Shown in pieces: positions 10,922 through 20,299 of a stretch of 64,000 bases of DNA. This stretch comes from Acidobacteriota bacterium (GTDB taxonomy: Bacteria; Acidobacteriota; UBA6911; RPQK01; JAJDTT01), in contig CBDCJH010000002.1 of the NCBI GenBank assembly GCA_965217775.1, forward strand, positions 3,200,001 to 3,264,000, in the 5' to 3' direction. The notes under the pieces were generated by a model. It ran no database searches. It worked only from the letters and a program-made list of their open reading frames with translations, and had not been told where the DNA came from. The stretch's first letter is position 1. The number at the start of each line of letters is the position of its first letter. A program made the position numbers and the translations under genes.

Positions 10922-12130
10922 TCAGTTCTCGAACAGTTGGAGTGGAAGCGAGGTCAGCATCTCGCAACCGGTGGCGGTGACCCGCACCGAGGCACTGGCC
11001 CCGCAGCCGAACTCGCCGGGAATGAGGACGCCGGCCACCAGGTGGAAGGTCATGTTCTCCTGGAGGCGCCGCTTTTCCCCTTGGCGAATGCTGATGATCT
11101 GGCCCTCACCCCAGTCGGGGGGATAGTTGATGCCGATGGAATAGCCCAGCCGGCTCACGTGCCACTTGCCGAACCCCGCCTTGGCGATGACGTCTCGTCC
11201 GATCTGGTCCACCTCTTCGGAGACGGCTCCCGGCCGAATGGCGTCGATCACTTCCCGGATGGCCTGGTTCTGGGCATCCGAGAGCCGGCGCAACCTGGGA
11301 TTCACCCGGCCCACGGTGGCGACCCGAAAAATCGCACCGCAGTAGCGACGCTTGGAGGCCGCGATTTCGAAACAGCAATGGTCGTCCTCCTCCAGCCGGC
11401 GGCCCCGCCAAGTGGCGTGGCAGGCGCCGGAACGGGGTCCCGAGACGATGAAGTTGGGCAGACCGGTGTACTCGGCGCCGGCTTCGCACCATTCCTTGTA
11501 GACCGCCGCCGCGATCCGGTCCTCGGTCGTGCCCGGCTGGGTGGCCCGGATCCCCGCCAGACAGGCCCGGTCGGCAATGGCCACGGCCTGACGGATCACC
11601 TCCACTTCCTCGGCGGACTTGATCATCCGCGCCTCCTCGATGACGCTGGAGCAGTCGGCCAGCGTGGCATGAGGCAACGCACCGGCAAGGGCCTGATGCT
11701 CGTTGACCGTCAGGAACCAGCTTTCCGATTCGATTCCAAGTCGCTTCCGGGCCAGACCCAGACGGGAAAGGGTGCGGATGGTGACCTCCACCGGCACCTC
11801 GTCGTCTTCCACCGGCGCCACCTCGGTCAACCAGGAGAATTCGGGGACGTTCGTCCCCACCTCCAACCGCCGGCCCACCAGGACCGGCGACTCTCCCGGG
11901 ACCAGGATCAGGCAGTGGTAGCCATAGTAGCCGGGGGTCTCGTAGCCGGTGAGGTAGGTGATGTTCTCCGGGCCTCGGACCAATAAGGCATCGACGCCCG
12001 CCTTGCGGATGCCGTCCATCACCAGCCGGTAGCGGCGCAAGTATTCGTCCTGGCTGAAACTCAACCCGGGATGGAGGTTCATCCTGGGATTCGGATCTCG
12101 TCCGGGTGTCATCTTCTCTTCTCGGTTCAC
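10922..12130 (-). CDS. M24 creatinase / ectoine hydrolase (DoeA/EutD)-like protein
   Basis: 'ENITYLTGY', 'RMIKSAEE', 'FEIAASKRRY', 'RLGYSIGINYPPDWGE'. Lacks the canonical metallo-prolidase Asp ligands. Confidence 0.8.
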   Translation of the reverse strand: MNREEKMTPGRDPNPRMNLHPGLSFSQDEYLRRYRLVMDGIRKAGVDALLVRGPENITYLTGYETPGYYGYHCLILVPGESPVLVGRRLEVGTNVPEFSWLTEVAPVEDDEVPVEVTIRTLSRLGLARKRLGIESESWFLTVNEHQALAGALPHATLADCSSVIEEARMIKSAEEVEVIRQAVAIADRACLAGIRATQPGTTEDRIAAAVYKEWCEAGAEYTGLPNFIVSGPRSGACHATWRGRRLEEDDHCCFEIAASKRRYCGAIFRVATVGRVNPRLRRLSDAQNQAIREVIDAIRPGAVSEEVDQIGRDVIAKAGFGKWHVSRLGYSIGINYPPDWGEGQIISIRQGEKRRLQENMTFHLVAGVLIPGEFGCGASASVRVTATGCEMLTSLPLQLFEN

Positions 12131-13701
12131 CGTTGCGTCCCGCTACGTCGCGTGCCGGCGACTCTCAACACGGGCCTTTGAATAGCCTCACATTCCCCAT
12201 ACGGTCACCGTGGCCCCACCCGCCGTTTCGTCGCGGCGATAGATCTTGTCTTCCCATGACCTCCCCTCGGAGCGGTCGAAGATCACGAGGTGTCCCTCCG
12301 ATGCGGCGCAGCGTTCCATGTAGGCGCGCGTTTGCGCCAAGCCTTCGCGAAGCGTTGCATCGAGGCCCCGATGCAGCACTTTGCATTCGACGACCACCTT
12401 CTGCATCTGCCGGTCCGTTCCGGATTGCGCCTCGCTGGCGCGCCCTGCAACTGGTGACAGGATCAACAGATCCGTCCGCCTCCGGCCCAGGCCGTACTCG
12501 CGCTCGATCCGCCCGCCGCTGTTGACGATGCGCTGCAGGAACGCTTGCAACAAAAGTTGTGGGCCAGCCTCCTTGTACTGGAAGCGCTCCACCCAGTGCT
12601 CCGAGTGCTCCCGGAAGAACTCCTGGAACGCGGCCATCAGCTTGACGGACCGCAACGCCCCGTTCTCATCGACGTACCACGCCGGATCGTGATGGATCGA
12701 CATCTCCTGAGTGGTATAGGTGAGACCGCGCGGGATCACTTCGCGGTAGATGGGATTGGCGATGGCCACGGGGCCGGTTCGCGTCACCAGGCCCAGGTCG
12801 CGCACATACGCCAGATCGTCGGCTGGGATCGGGTCAACCGCGCCGGACCCCTTCAGCAGCGGCTCGACGACCCGGCGCACCCGCTCCTCCTGCAGCTTGT
12901 CGGTGAGCTGGTCCAGATGGGTCTCGCGACGCAGGATCAATTGCTCGCGCGCGTCCTGGATGGCGTCGCCGGTGATCTCCCGGCTACGGTCCCGGCCTTC
13001 CTTGTTGTCGAAACAGGTTTCGTAGGCCAGGGCGTTCACCAGCCAGGGCTGGCCCTGCGTCAACCTCCAGATCTCGTCCCGCCCCTCGTCCGTGAACACT
13101 TGGTCCGTCTCCCCGGTATGTTGTGCCAACAGGGACTCGACCTCGCGTGGCAAGAAATCTCCGAGCCGCAGGGATTCGGCCCGAATGTTGAATGCGCTGC
13201 CACCGGCGACGATGGCGTTTTCGGCCCTGGACCGAATTCGGTAGTCGCGCACGTCGCGAACGCCGCACAGAATCACGCTCTGGGGAAACCGCCGGGGGCG
13301 GTCCGGATAACCGGCCCGGAGCTGACGCAATACCGACAGCAGCGTGTCGCCCATCAGCGCATCGATCTCGTCGATCATGAGCACGAGCGGCTTGGCGTCG
13401 GCTTCGCTCCATCGGGCCAGCGTCTCCCCCAGCGCGTCGTTGGGGCCCGCTGTTGCTAGAATCCCCGGCCAAACTTCAGCCACGAACAGGTCGTCCAGCG
13501 CGTGGCGCGCCGCCCGCGCCAGGGCGCTGAGGATCGCTCGCACACCCTCACGGACATTTTCCCGGGCCGCCGGGCCGCCGGGCCGCCTTCGACGTTGACG
13601 TACACGCACCGGAACTCGCCGCCGAGGTTCAACTCGTCCCTCAGCGCCAGCAGTGCCGAAGTCTTGCCCGTCTGACGCGGCGCGCGCAGGACGAAGTATT
13701 T

Positions 13702-13810
13702 GGGGCTTATATACCTAAGTGCCATTGGCATACAGTTCTGGCACCACGCTTTCCCCAACGAGATACGTTCCGGTACCCAGGGCAAGAACCCCAGCCCTGA
13801 GAATGTTCAG
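13702..13810 (-). ncRNA. Putative omega/reRNA scaffold overlapping the tnpB 3' end and the right TIR
   Basis: Minus-strand stems CAGGGC/GCCCTG, GGTACC/GGTGCC and TGTATGCC/GGTATATA; loop GGGGTT complementary to the terminal AGCCCC. The 5' boundary is uncertain. Confidence 0.55.
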
Positions 13811-14890
13811 GGCGGCATTGTGGTCCCTGTCCATTCTAAGTCCGCAGGCCCTGCACCGGAAGGTTTCGCTCCGCCCTGGATCGTGGCGGGCGCCGCACCG
13901 GTGGCAGTCCTGCGATGTAAATGCGGGATTCACGTCTACGAACTTCCGACCGGCCCATTCTGCCTTGTACTGGATTTGATTCCGCAGAAGCCCCCAGGAT
14001 TGCGTCAGTATTTCTCGATTCAGCCCCTTCTTCTTCGAGCCCTTCGTTACCATCCCTTGGATGTTCAGCTTCTCCACAGCGATCAGACCGTGCTCACGAA
14101 TGATGCTGCTGGAGAGACGATGGCAGGCATTACGGTTTCGGACCGATTCCCGGTGACGGAGCCGAGATAGCTGTACGATCCGCTTCCGTCTGGTCTTGGA
14201 AATCTTCTTGCACCTGGAGACCTTTCTCTGCTGCTTTCGGATCCCCGCCCAGTCCCGTCTATTCCGTTCGATCCTCTCACCCGTGGACAGCACCGCTCGC
14301 TGGCGGACTCCCAGGTCGATCCCCACCGAAGACTCGCATTTCGGCAGCGGCAGCTTCTCCACCTCGTACGTCAGGTCCACGGACACCCGGTTCGGCTTGC
14401 GGACGATCCGCAACGCCTTCAACGGGCATCCGTTCGGCAACGGCCGGGACGGAAAGATCCGGATCGTCGGAAAGCCCTTGGGCCGGATGGCGTAGCCCCG
14501 AGCCCGCTTCTTCACCAGGGTCGCCTTGGGGTCGACGACGTCCATGGTCTCCATCCTCGCCAGGGGCCGGAACCGAGGATACCCCGGCTTCTCCCCCGCC
14601 TTGCATCGACGGAAGAACGCCTGGAAGGCCCGATCCAATCGAACCAGCATCCCACGCTCCGCCTTGACCGCCACTGACCCGAGCCCCTCCGGATCTTCCT
14701 TCCTCATGGAGGTCAACCCCTTCATCTGATCGTACAGGGTCACACCGCGCTGCTCGGACTCCCATGCCATCCTCCGTTCCTCCAGTGCCGCGTTGTACAG
14801 CCGATTCAGGATGGACCTCACCCAGTCCAACCGCCGGATTCCACCCTTGGACAGCTTGGCTCTGCACTGGATAGTTGCGTGGCCTTTCAT
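13715..14890 (-). CDS. tnpB: TnpB RNA-guided endonuclease (RuvC intact)
   Basis: 'LYNAALEERR', 'KPGYPRF', RuvC-I VGIDLG, RuvC-II IAVEKL, Zn finger TSQDCHRCG...CRACG, RuvC-III DRDHNAALNI. Confidence 0.95.
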   Translation of the reverse strand: MKGHATIQCRAKLSKGGIRRLDWVRSILNRLYNAALEERRMAWESEQRGVTLYDQMKGLTSMRKEDPEGLGSVAVKAERGMLVRLDRAFQAFFRRCKAGEKPGYPRFRPLARMETMDVVDPKATLVKKRARGYAIRPKGFPTIRIFPSRPLPNGCPLKALRIVRKPNRVSVDLTYEVEKLPLPKCESSVGIDLGVRQRAVLSTGERIERNRRDWAGIRKQQRKVSRCKKISKTRRKRIVQLSRLRHRESVRNRNACHRLSSSIIREHGLIAVEKLNIQGMVTKGSKKKGLNREILTQSWGLLRNQIQYKAEWAGRKFVDVNPAFTSQDCHRCGARHDPGRSETFRCRACGLRMDRDHNAALNILRAGVLALGTGTYLVGESVVPELYANGT

Positions 14891-15199
14891 GGTAGGACTT
14901 GTAAACCATCAGCCTGAATTCTCGGCACTTAGGCATATAATCCCCAAGTATTTCCACTGCCGGATGAGCATCAGGAAATCGTCGACGTCGAGCCGCTCCA
15001 GGGGCGGGATACTGTAGTGCATTTCCGGGTTCACCGGGCCGGCGGTGTTGAAGAAACGCATAGTTTGAGTATCGCACGTTGTCTCGGGTCACGCAGTGCA
15101 CCGAGAGGAGGGGCGTCCTCGGAACAAGACGCGGCATCGCCTCAAGACGCTGTAGACAGCAGGGTCGGAAGAACTGAGACGTGAACCGGTACGAGCAGT

Positions 15200-17047
15200 T
15201 CAGCCCGACGGGAGTGCGTACCCCAGGGCATGGGCGGCTCGCCGAAAGGCGGTTTCGGATCTTGCGGGAACGACGAGCCCGCGCGGACCGGCGCGCACGC
15301 AGTACCTGGCCGCCCGCCGGTCGGCGGCAATCCGTTCGGCGATCTCCTTGTCCGCGCACTCGATCATCAGGGCCGGGCCCTTCCGCTTCAGGGCGCGCCC
15401 GCCGAGCTCGACGCTTCGGATGAAGCCTTCGACCTTCTGCGGCAGCGGCTGATCGTCACGCGCGTCAAGAAATTCCCTCAACTGCGCCACGTCCTGACCG
15501 CTCTCGACGGCCGTGAGAGCGCGCGTGAGATCCAGTCGCCAGACCCCGTCGGACTCGACCCGGGCATAGGTCTCCAGCACCACGAGTTCCTCGGGCGGCA
15601 GCGGTGCCGCCGATTCGACCCGCAGGTCGGTATACAGAGTCAGAGCGGTTCGAATCGGCGGACTGCCCGGCTCGTATTCGTCCGTCTGGCCGACACAATA
15701 GGCGCCCAAGGGATTGAGCCGGAAATACTCCAGACCGTCGTAACGGCTCAGGAATTCCAGATCGTCCGCACCCCACATGTGCCGGAAGTCCCGCCGTGCC
15801 CCGTGCGGGTCGGTGAACGCGACGTCCACCAAACCCAGGGTGGCCACGTACTCGAGCAACAAGCACAGGACATAGCGTCCCTGGAGCAGACTCCACTCGT
15901 GATTGCCGGCAAAGCCGAAGCTGCCGTGCCGCATCTCAACGAGGTAGAGGCGCCACGGATCCCGCGTGACACTGACGTCCAGTTCCGCCGCCTCCATGAA
16001 GCGGAAGAATTCGTCCACCTGCACCCACCCCCCCACGGGACACTCGGCGAGCGCCTCGTCGATCATGGGCCGGCGATTCCGCACGGCCGTCATCGTCCGT
16101 TTGCCCCGCCCCCGGTGCTGGCCCTTGATGTCCTCCATGCGGCTGAACTCATCCAACAACGTGCTCTTCAGCCACCACTGCCAGATCCGCCGCAGCGTCT
16201 CAGCGGGCGGGGTCGTGAAGGCCGCGCGCCCGGCCTTGGTCAACACCAGCTTGGAGCCGCGCCGTTGGACCAGCTTGCCGGCCTGCACCAGCCAGGGCCA
16301 AGCGAATGCCCGGATGGAGCCGATCGTCTGTTCCCAGCGCTTCCTCTTCTCGTTCGGGTCGAAGAAATCGCCGCCGTGCAGCACCTCCGCGATGCGGCGC
16401 ACGGAAACCGCCGACGCGCGCCGGGTCTTCACGCTGACGGAGATCTTGCCTTGATCGACCAGACGCAGCACTGCGAACAGGTCGTAAGCCGCAGGCTGCT
16501 CCATGTCGCGCCGAGTCAGGCGTACTCTGTCGAATTGCGGTTTCTGACCCTTGGGAACGAAGGCGATCCGGCGCCGATCGACGAATTCCGGAACTTCATC
16601 CACGGCAGAGACGGTCGGTTCCTCCGGCTCGGGCACGAACTCCAGGAGCTGATTTTCGAGGTCTCTGGGGATGGTCGTCGGTGCAAAATACCGGTAGCCG
16701 TCCGCAGGGTAGAGAAACAGGTGCAACAGGGTAGGCTCAATGGTATCGCCTTTGTCGATGCGCTTCGGCAACACTCCGTACTTGGCGCGAAACCGTTTGG
16801 CCTCGAATCGGCCCTCCAGGCCATAGAGCGCTTCCTTCACCGCCAACTGCTGAGTCTTGTCAAGCCGCTCCCACAGTTCTCGCAACGGCCTGCCAGTCAG
16901 ACGGAGCGAGATGGCCTCCACCATGTCCGCCTTCAGTCTCGGCCGCGGCTTGGGGATGGACAGCAGATTCATCATCGGTTTGAGGGTCGGAACCGACAGG
17001 GCCGACAGGGCCTTCTTCAGGGTGGCGGACGGTAGTTTGATTCTCAT
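15200..17047 (-). CDS. Helicase-associated domain protein (XPB/Ssl2-associated Helicase_C_3-like C-terminus), copy 2
   Basis: C-terminal 'WRLDLTRALTAVESGQDVAQLREFLDARDDQPLPQKVEGFI'; clearly paralogous to the 17114..18949 gene. Confidence 0.7.
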   Translation of the reverse strand: MRIKLPSATLKKALSALSVPTLKPMMNLLSIPKPRPRLKADMVEAISLRLTGRPLRELWERLDKTQQLAVKEALYGLEGRFEAKRFRAKYGVLPKRIDKGDTIEPTLLHLFLYPADGYRYFAPTTIPRDLENQLLEFVPEPEEPTVSAVDEVPEFVDRRRIAFVPKGQKPQFDRVRLTRRDMEQPAAYDLFAVLRLVDQGKISVSVKTRRASAVSVRRIAEVLHGGDFFDPNEKRKRWEQTIGSIRAFAWPWLVQAGKLVQRRGSKLVLTKAGRAAFTTPPAETLRRIWQWWLKSTLLDEFSRMEDIKGQHRGRGKRTMTAVRNRRPMIDEALAECPVGGWVQVDEFFRFMEAAELDVSVTRDPWRLYLVEMRHGSFGFAGNHEWSLLQGRYVLCLLLEYVATLGLVDVAFTDPHGARRDFRHMWGADDLEFLSRYDGLEYFRLNPLGAYCVGQTDEYEPGSPPIRTALTLYTDLRVESAAPLPPEELVVLETYARVESDGVWRLDLTRALTAVESGQDVAQLREFLDARDDQPLPQKVEGFIRSVELGGRALKRKGPALMIECADKEIAERIAADRRAARYCVRAGPRGLVVPARSETAFRRAAHALGYALPSG

Positions 17048-17113
17048 TGCTCAGGGTCTCCGAGATCGATGGCTCCCCGGCCTCAGGACGCATCGCGTTC
17101 AACCGCGAGAACT

Positions 17114-18949
17114 TCAACGCAAGGACAAAGCGTACCCCAAGGCGCGGGCCACTCGCCGAAACGCCGCTTCGGATCCTGCATGAACGACGAGGTGGCGGAG
17201 GCCGGCGCGCAGGCAGAGCTTGGCCGCCCGCCGGTCGGCAACGATCCGGTCGGCGACTTTCCGGTCCCGGCATTCAATCAACCAGGCCCTGCCCTTGGGC
17301 GTCAGAGCGCTCGCACCGCGCTCGACGCTGCGGAGGAATCCTTCGACCCTTTCCGGCAACGGCTGATCGTCGCGCACGGCGAGAAATCGCCTCAGTCTCG
17401 CCACGTCCTGACCGCTCTCGGCGGCCGTAAGTGCGCGTAAGAGATCCAGGCGCCAGACACCGTCGGACTCAGCCTGGGCATAGGCCTCCAGCATCAGACG
17501 TTCTTGAGGCGTCAGCGGCGCCGCCGAATGAACGCGAAGATCGGTCTGGAGAGTCAGGGCGGTGCGAATCGTAGGCGTGGTCGGCTCGTAGGCCTTGGTC
17601 TGGCCGAGGCAGTAGGCGCCGAGCGGATTGAGTCGAACATACTCCAGGCCGTCGTAGCGGCTCAAGAAATCAAGCTCATCGGCGCCCCACAGGTGCGTGT
17701 AGTCCAACCGCGCGCCCCGCGGGTCGGTGAAAGCGACGTCCACCATCCCCAGCGTGGCCGCGTACTCGAACAACAGACACCGGGCATAGCGACCCTCGAC
17801 GAAGTTCCAGAGCAGACCTGCGGCATGGCCGAGGCTCCCGTACTCCGGGTCGACGAGGTAGAGACTCCGAGGATCCCGGGTGACGCCGAAACCAAGACCC
17901 GTCGCGTGCATGAAGCGAAAGAGACCGTCCACCTGGACCCAGCCGCCCACGGGGCATTTCGCGAGCGCCTCGGCGATCACGGGTCGGCGCTTTCGCGGCG
18001 ACGTCATCAGCCGCCTGCCCCGTCCTCGAAACTGGCCCTTGATGCCGTCCACGCGGCTGAACTCGTCCAACAAGGTGCTCTTCAACCATCGCTCCCAGAG
18101 GCGTCGCAACGTCTTTTCGGGCGGAGCTGCGAATGTCGCGCGTCCGGCCTTGGTCAAAGTCAGCTTGGAGCCCCGCAATTCGGCGAGTTGGGCGGCTTGC
18201 ACCATCCAGGGCCAAGCGAATGCCCGGACGGGGCCGATCATCTGACCCTGTCGTTTCTTCGCGGTCGGGTCGAAGAAGTCGCCGCCGTGCAGCACCTCCG
18301 CGATGCGTCGGACGGAAACCGCCGTAGGCCTCCGCGTTTTCACGCTGACGGCGATCTTGCCCCCGTCGATCAGATGCAGCACGGCGAACAGGTCGGGCAC
18401 CGCAACCGGCTCCATGCGGCGTCGGATCACGGGCACCCGATCGAACTCCGGTTTCTCGGAACCGTGGGTGCGGCGACGCCGATCTAGGAAGTCCGGAACC
18501 TCATCCAGAGAATCGATGGCCGGTTCCGGCGGCCGGGGGACGAACTTCACCAGTTGGGGCTTGAGTTCCTTGGGGATGACGATCGGAAGATCCCGGTAAC
18601 TGAACGGCGGATAGAGAAAAAAATGCAGCAGCGAAAATTCGCGGTCATAGTACTGATTGATGCCCTCCGGCAGCGCACCGTATACAGCGTAAAAATGTTG
18701 GAGATGGAATCGATGCTCCGGGCTGTAGAGCGTTTCCGACACCGCGAGCTGCTGGGTTTCATCCAGATACCGCCATATCGTTCGTAACACATCTTCAGTC
18801 AGTCGGAGTCGGACGGCCGCTATGATGGCCGGCTTTCGGGTCGGCCGCGGCTCGGGGATGGACAGCACCTCCATCATCGGCTGGAGGTTCGCGATCGTCA
18901 TGTTGCCCAGAGCCTTTTCCAGGGTGGCCGGCCTCGGGTCGACACTCAT
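17114..18949 (-). CDS. Helicase-associated domain protein, copy 1
   Basis: Shares blocks such as RAFAWPW, WLKSTLLDEFSR and FLSRYDGLEY with its neighbour. Confidence 0.7.
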   Translation of the reverse strand: MSVDPRPATLEKALGNMTIANLQPMMEVLSIPEPRPTRKPAIIAAVRLRLTEDVLRTIWRYLDETQQLAVSETLYSPEHRFHLQHFYAVYGALPEGINQYYDREFSLLHFFLYPPFSYRDLPIVIPKELKPQLVKFVPRPPEPAIDSLDEVPDFLDRRRRTHGSEKPEFDRVPVIRRRMEPVAVPDLFAVLHLIDGGKIAVSVKTRRPTAVSVRRIAEVLHGGDFFDPTAKKRQGQMIGPVRAFAWPWMVQAAQLAELRGSKLTLTKAGRATFAAPPEKTLRRLWERWLKSTLLDEFSRVDGIKGQFRGRGRRLMTSPRKRRPVIAEALAKCPVGGWVQVDGLFRFMHATGLGFGVTRDPRSLYLVDPEYGSLGHAAGLLWNFVEGRYARCLLFEYAATLGMVDVAFTDPRGARLDYTHLWGADELDFLSRYDGLEYVRLNPLGAYCLGQTKAYEPTTPTIRTALTLQTDLRVHSAAPLTPQERLMLEAYAQAESDGVWRLDLLRALTAAESGQDVARLRRFLAVRDDQPLPERVEGFLRSVERGASALTPKGRAWLIECRDRKVADRIVADRRAAKLCLRAGLRHLVVHAGSEAAFRRVARALGYALSLR

Positions 18950-19321
18950 GGGTCAGGGTCTCCGCATTCGATGGTTTCCATAGGTCGGCCCACAGTGGGC
19001 TCGGAACGCAGACTCACGGAAATCCCTCAAATGATAGACGACGATACCTGGAATCCAAGGGGCGCTAAATCGATGGCGCCTCCGGATCACCCGGGACGGA
19101 CGGAACACCCCTTCAGGATGAAGAGTCGTCCGGTCCGGACATGTCGGATCGTGGCTGGATCGAGCATCGGAAGCGAATCCAACCCGCCACGTGCTGCGCC
19201 GGCCGAACTGAGCGGCCGGGAGAGATTCATCCTGGCGCTCTGCAGATCCCAAACCTTCCCTACGCCTTAACCCCAGCGCTACCTTGATACATAATTATGG
19301 TGATATTAAGATGTCGCTATA

Positions 19322-19582
19322 ATGATGGTTCGTACTCAGATTTCCCTCAGCGCGGAAGTTCACTCCCGAGTTCGTGCACGGGCAGCCGACCTTGGCATTT
19401 CACTCGCTGAATACATGCGCCGGCTGGTGAACCAGGACTTGTCCCAGCCCTCCAGGAACACCGATCATTCTCTGGTATTCGATCTCGGCTCTTCCGAGGG
19501 GACGGATATCGCATCCGAAAAGTCCCGCATGATTGCGGAAGCGATCGGCGCCCGCAAGCGCCGAGGGTCCGACTCGTCATGA
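19322..19582 (+). CDS. vapB: Ribbon-helix-helix antitoxin (VapB-like)
   Basis: 'MVRTQISL...RARAADLGISLAEYMRRLV'; ATGA overlap with the PIN gene. Confidence 0.8.
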   Translation: MMVRTQISLSAEVHSRVRARAADLGISLAEYMRRLVNQDLSQPSRNTDHSLVFDLGSSEGTDIASEKSRMIAEAIGARKRRGSDSS

Positions 19583-19992
19583 GTTTCTTCGTGGACACCT
19601 CGGCCTGGTATGCCGCCGCCGATCGGAGCGACCGATACAATGGCCGTGCGAAGCGACTGCTGTCGACGGATGAATCGCTCGTCACGAGTGACCACGTGCT
19701 GGCCGAAACTTGGCGACTTATCCACCACTACATCTCCGCTGATGCAGCGGAAACCTTCTGGGGGGCTCTGCGTGGTGGCGTCTCAACTGTTGAACAGACC
19801 ACCAATGCTGATCTCGAAGCCGCATGGGCGATCGGAGAACGCTTCCCGGATCAGGACTTCTCTCTCGTCGATCGCACTTCCTTCGCGCTCATGGAGCGAC
19901 TCGGCATCTCGCGTGTGATCACCTTCGATAGCGATTTCGCAATCTATCGTTACGGGCGTGGCCGCAGGTTCGCGTTTGAAGTGCTCAGATAG
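19579..19992 (+). CDS. vapC: PIN-domain toxin VapC
   Basis: FVDTSAW, VLAET, FSLVDRTSF, TFDSDF: the acidic PIN residues are present. Confidence 0.9.
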   Translation: MSFFVDTSAWYAAADRSDRYNGRAKRLLSTDESLVTSDHVLAETWRLIHHYISADAAETFWGALRGGVSTVEQTTNADLEAAWAIGERFPDQDFSLVDRTSFALMERLGISRVITFDSDFAIYRYGRGRRFAFEVLR

Positions 19993-20299
19993 ACAGGAGC
20001 TTCGGTGACTCCGGGCACAGGTCGAATTCCCCCAAAGGATGAACTCCCGTTCCCGGCGTCAGACCCGTGATGCCCCGGTTCGTCCGGGATTCGCGCGCGA
20101 TAGTCCCGGCCAAGACCCAACCCGGCATAGCCGGGACCAAAAATTCTTCGCCGGAGTGGCCGCTGTCAGCTACCAACTCTTCATCTGACCGGGTTTTGCT
20201 CCAATTTGCACCGAAGAGGGCGCCCACAAGGTGTTTGGTATCAAGACATCCTTTACAAGTTGTATCAGGACATCCTTTACAGCTGGTCCATGGCCGTTG

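Larger units (their letters stand above)
13702..14945 (-). mobile_element. Non-autonomous 1244-bp element with IS1595-like TIRs carrying only tnpB
   Basis: TIRs GGGGCTTATATACCTAAGTGCC (13702-13723) and, reverse-complemented, GGGGATTATATGCCTAAGTGCC (14924-14945), 20/22 identical. 8-bp TSD AAGTATTT at 13694-13701 and 14946-14953. Removing the element restores QWKYFV in the host gene. Confidence 0.92.
12188..15061 (-). pseudogene. AAA-like ATPase with C-terminal PD-(D/E)XK-like domain, disrupted by the tnpB element and an 8-bp frameshift
   Basis: N-terminus MRFFNTAGPV...IRQW at 15061-14954 joins KYFVLRAPRQTGKTS (Walker A) at 13701 downward. Walker B 'MIDEID' and 'REYGLGRRRTDL...VECK' lie in the 12188..13609 frame. 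Confidence 0.9.

Noticed and set aside
13715-14890. Ordinary IS200/IS605 (IS1341-type) element or Cas12f
   Set aside because: No tnpA, no IS605-type end hairpins and no CRISPR array; the boundaries are defined by TIRs and an 8-bp TSD.
15230-17035. Long antisense ORFs (also 2617..3687, 38968..40788, 49662..51287, 25816..27321 and others)
   Set aside because: Shadow frames of high-GC genes with no recognisable motifs.
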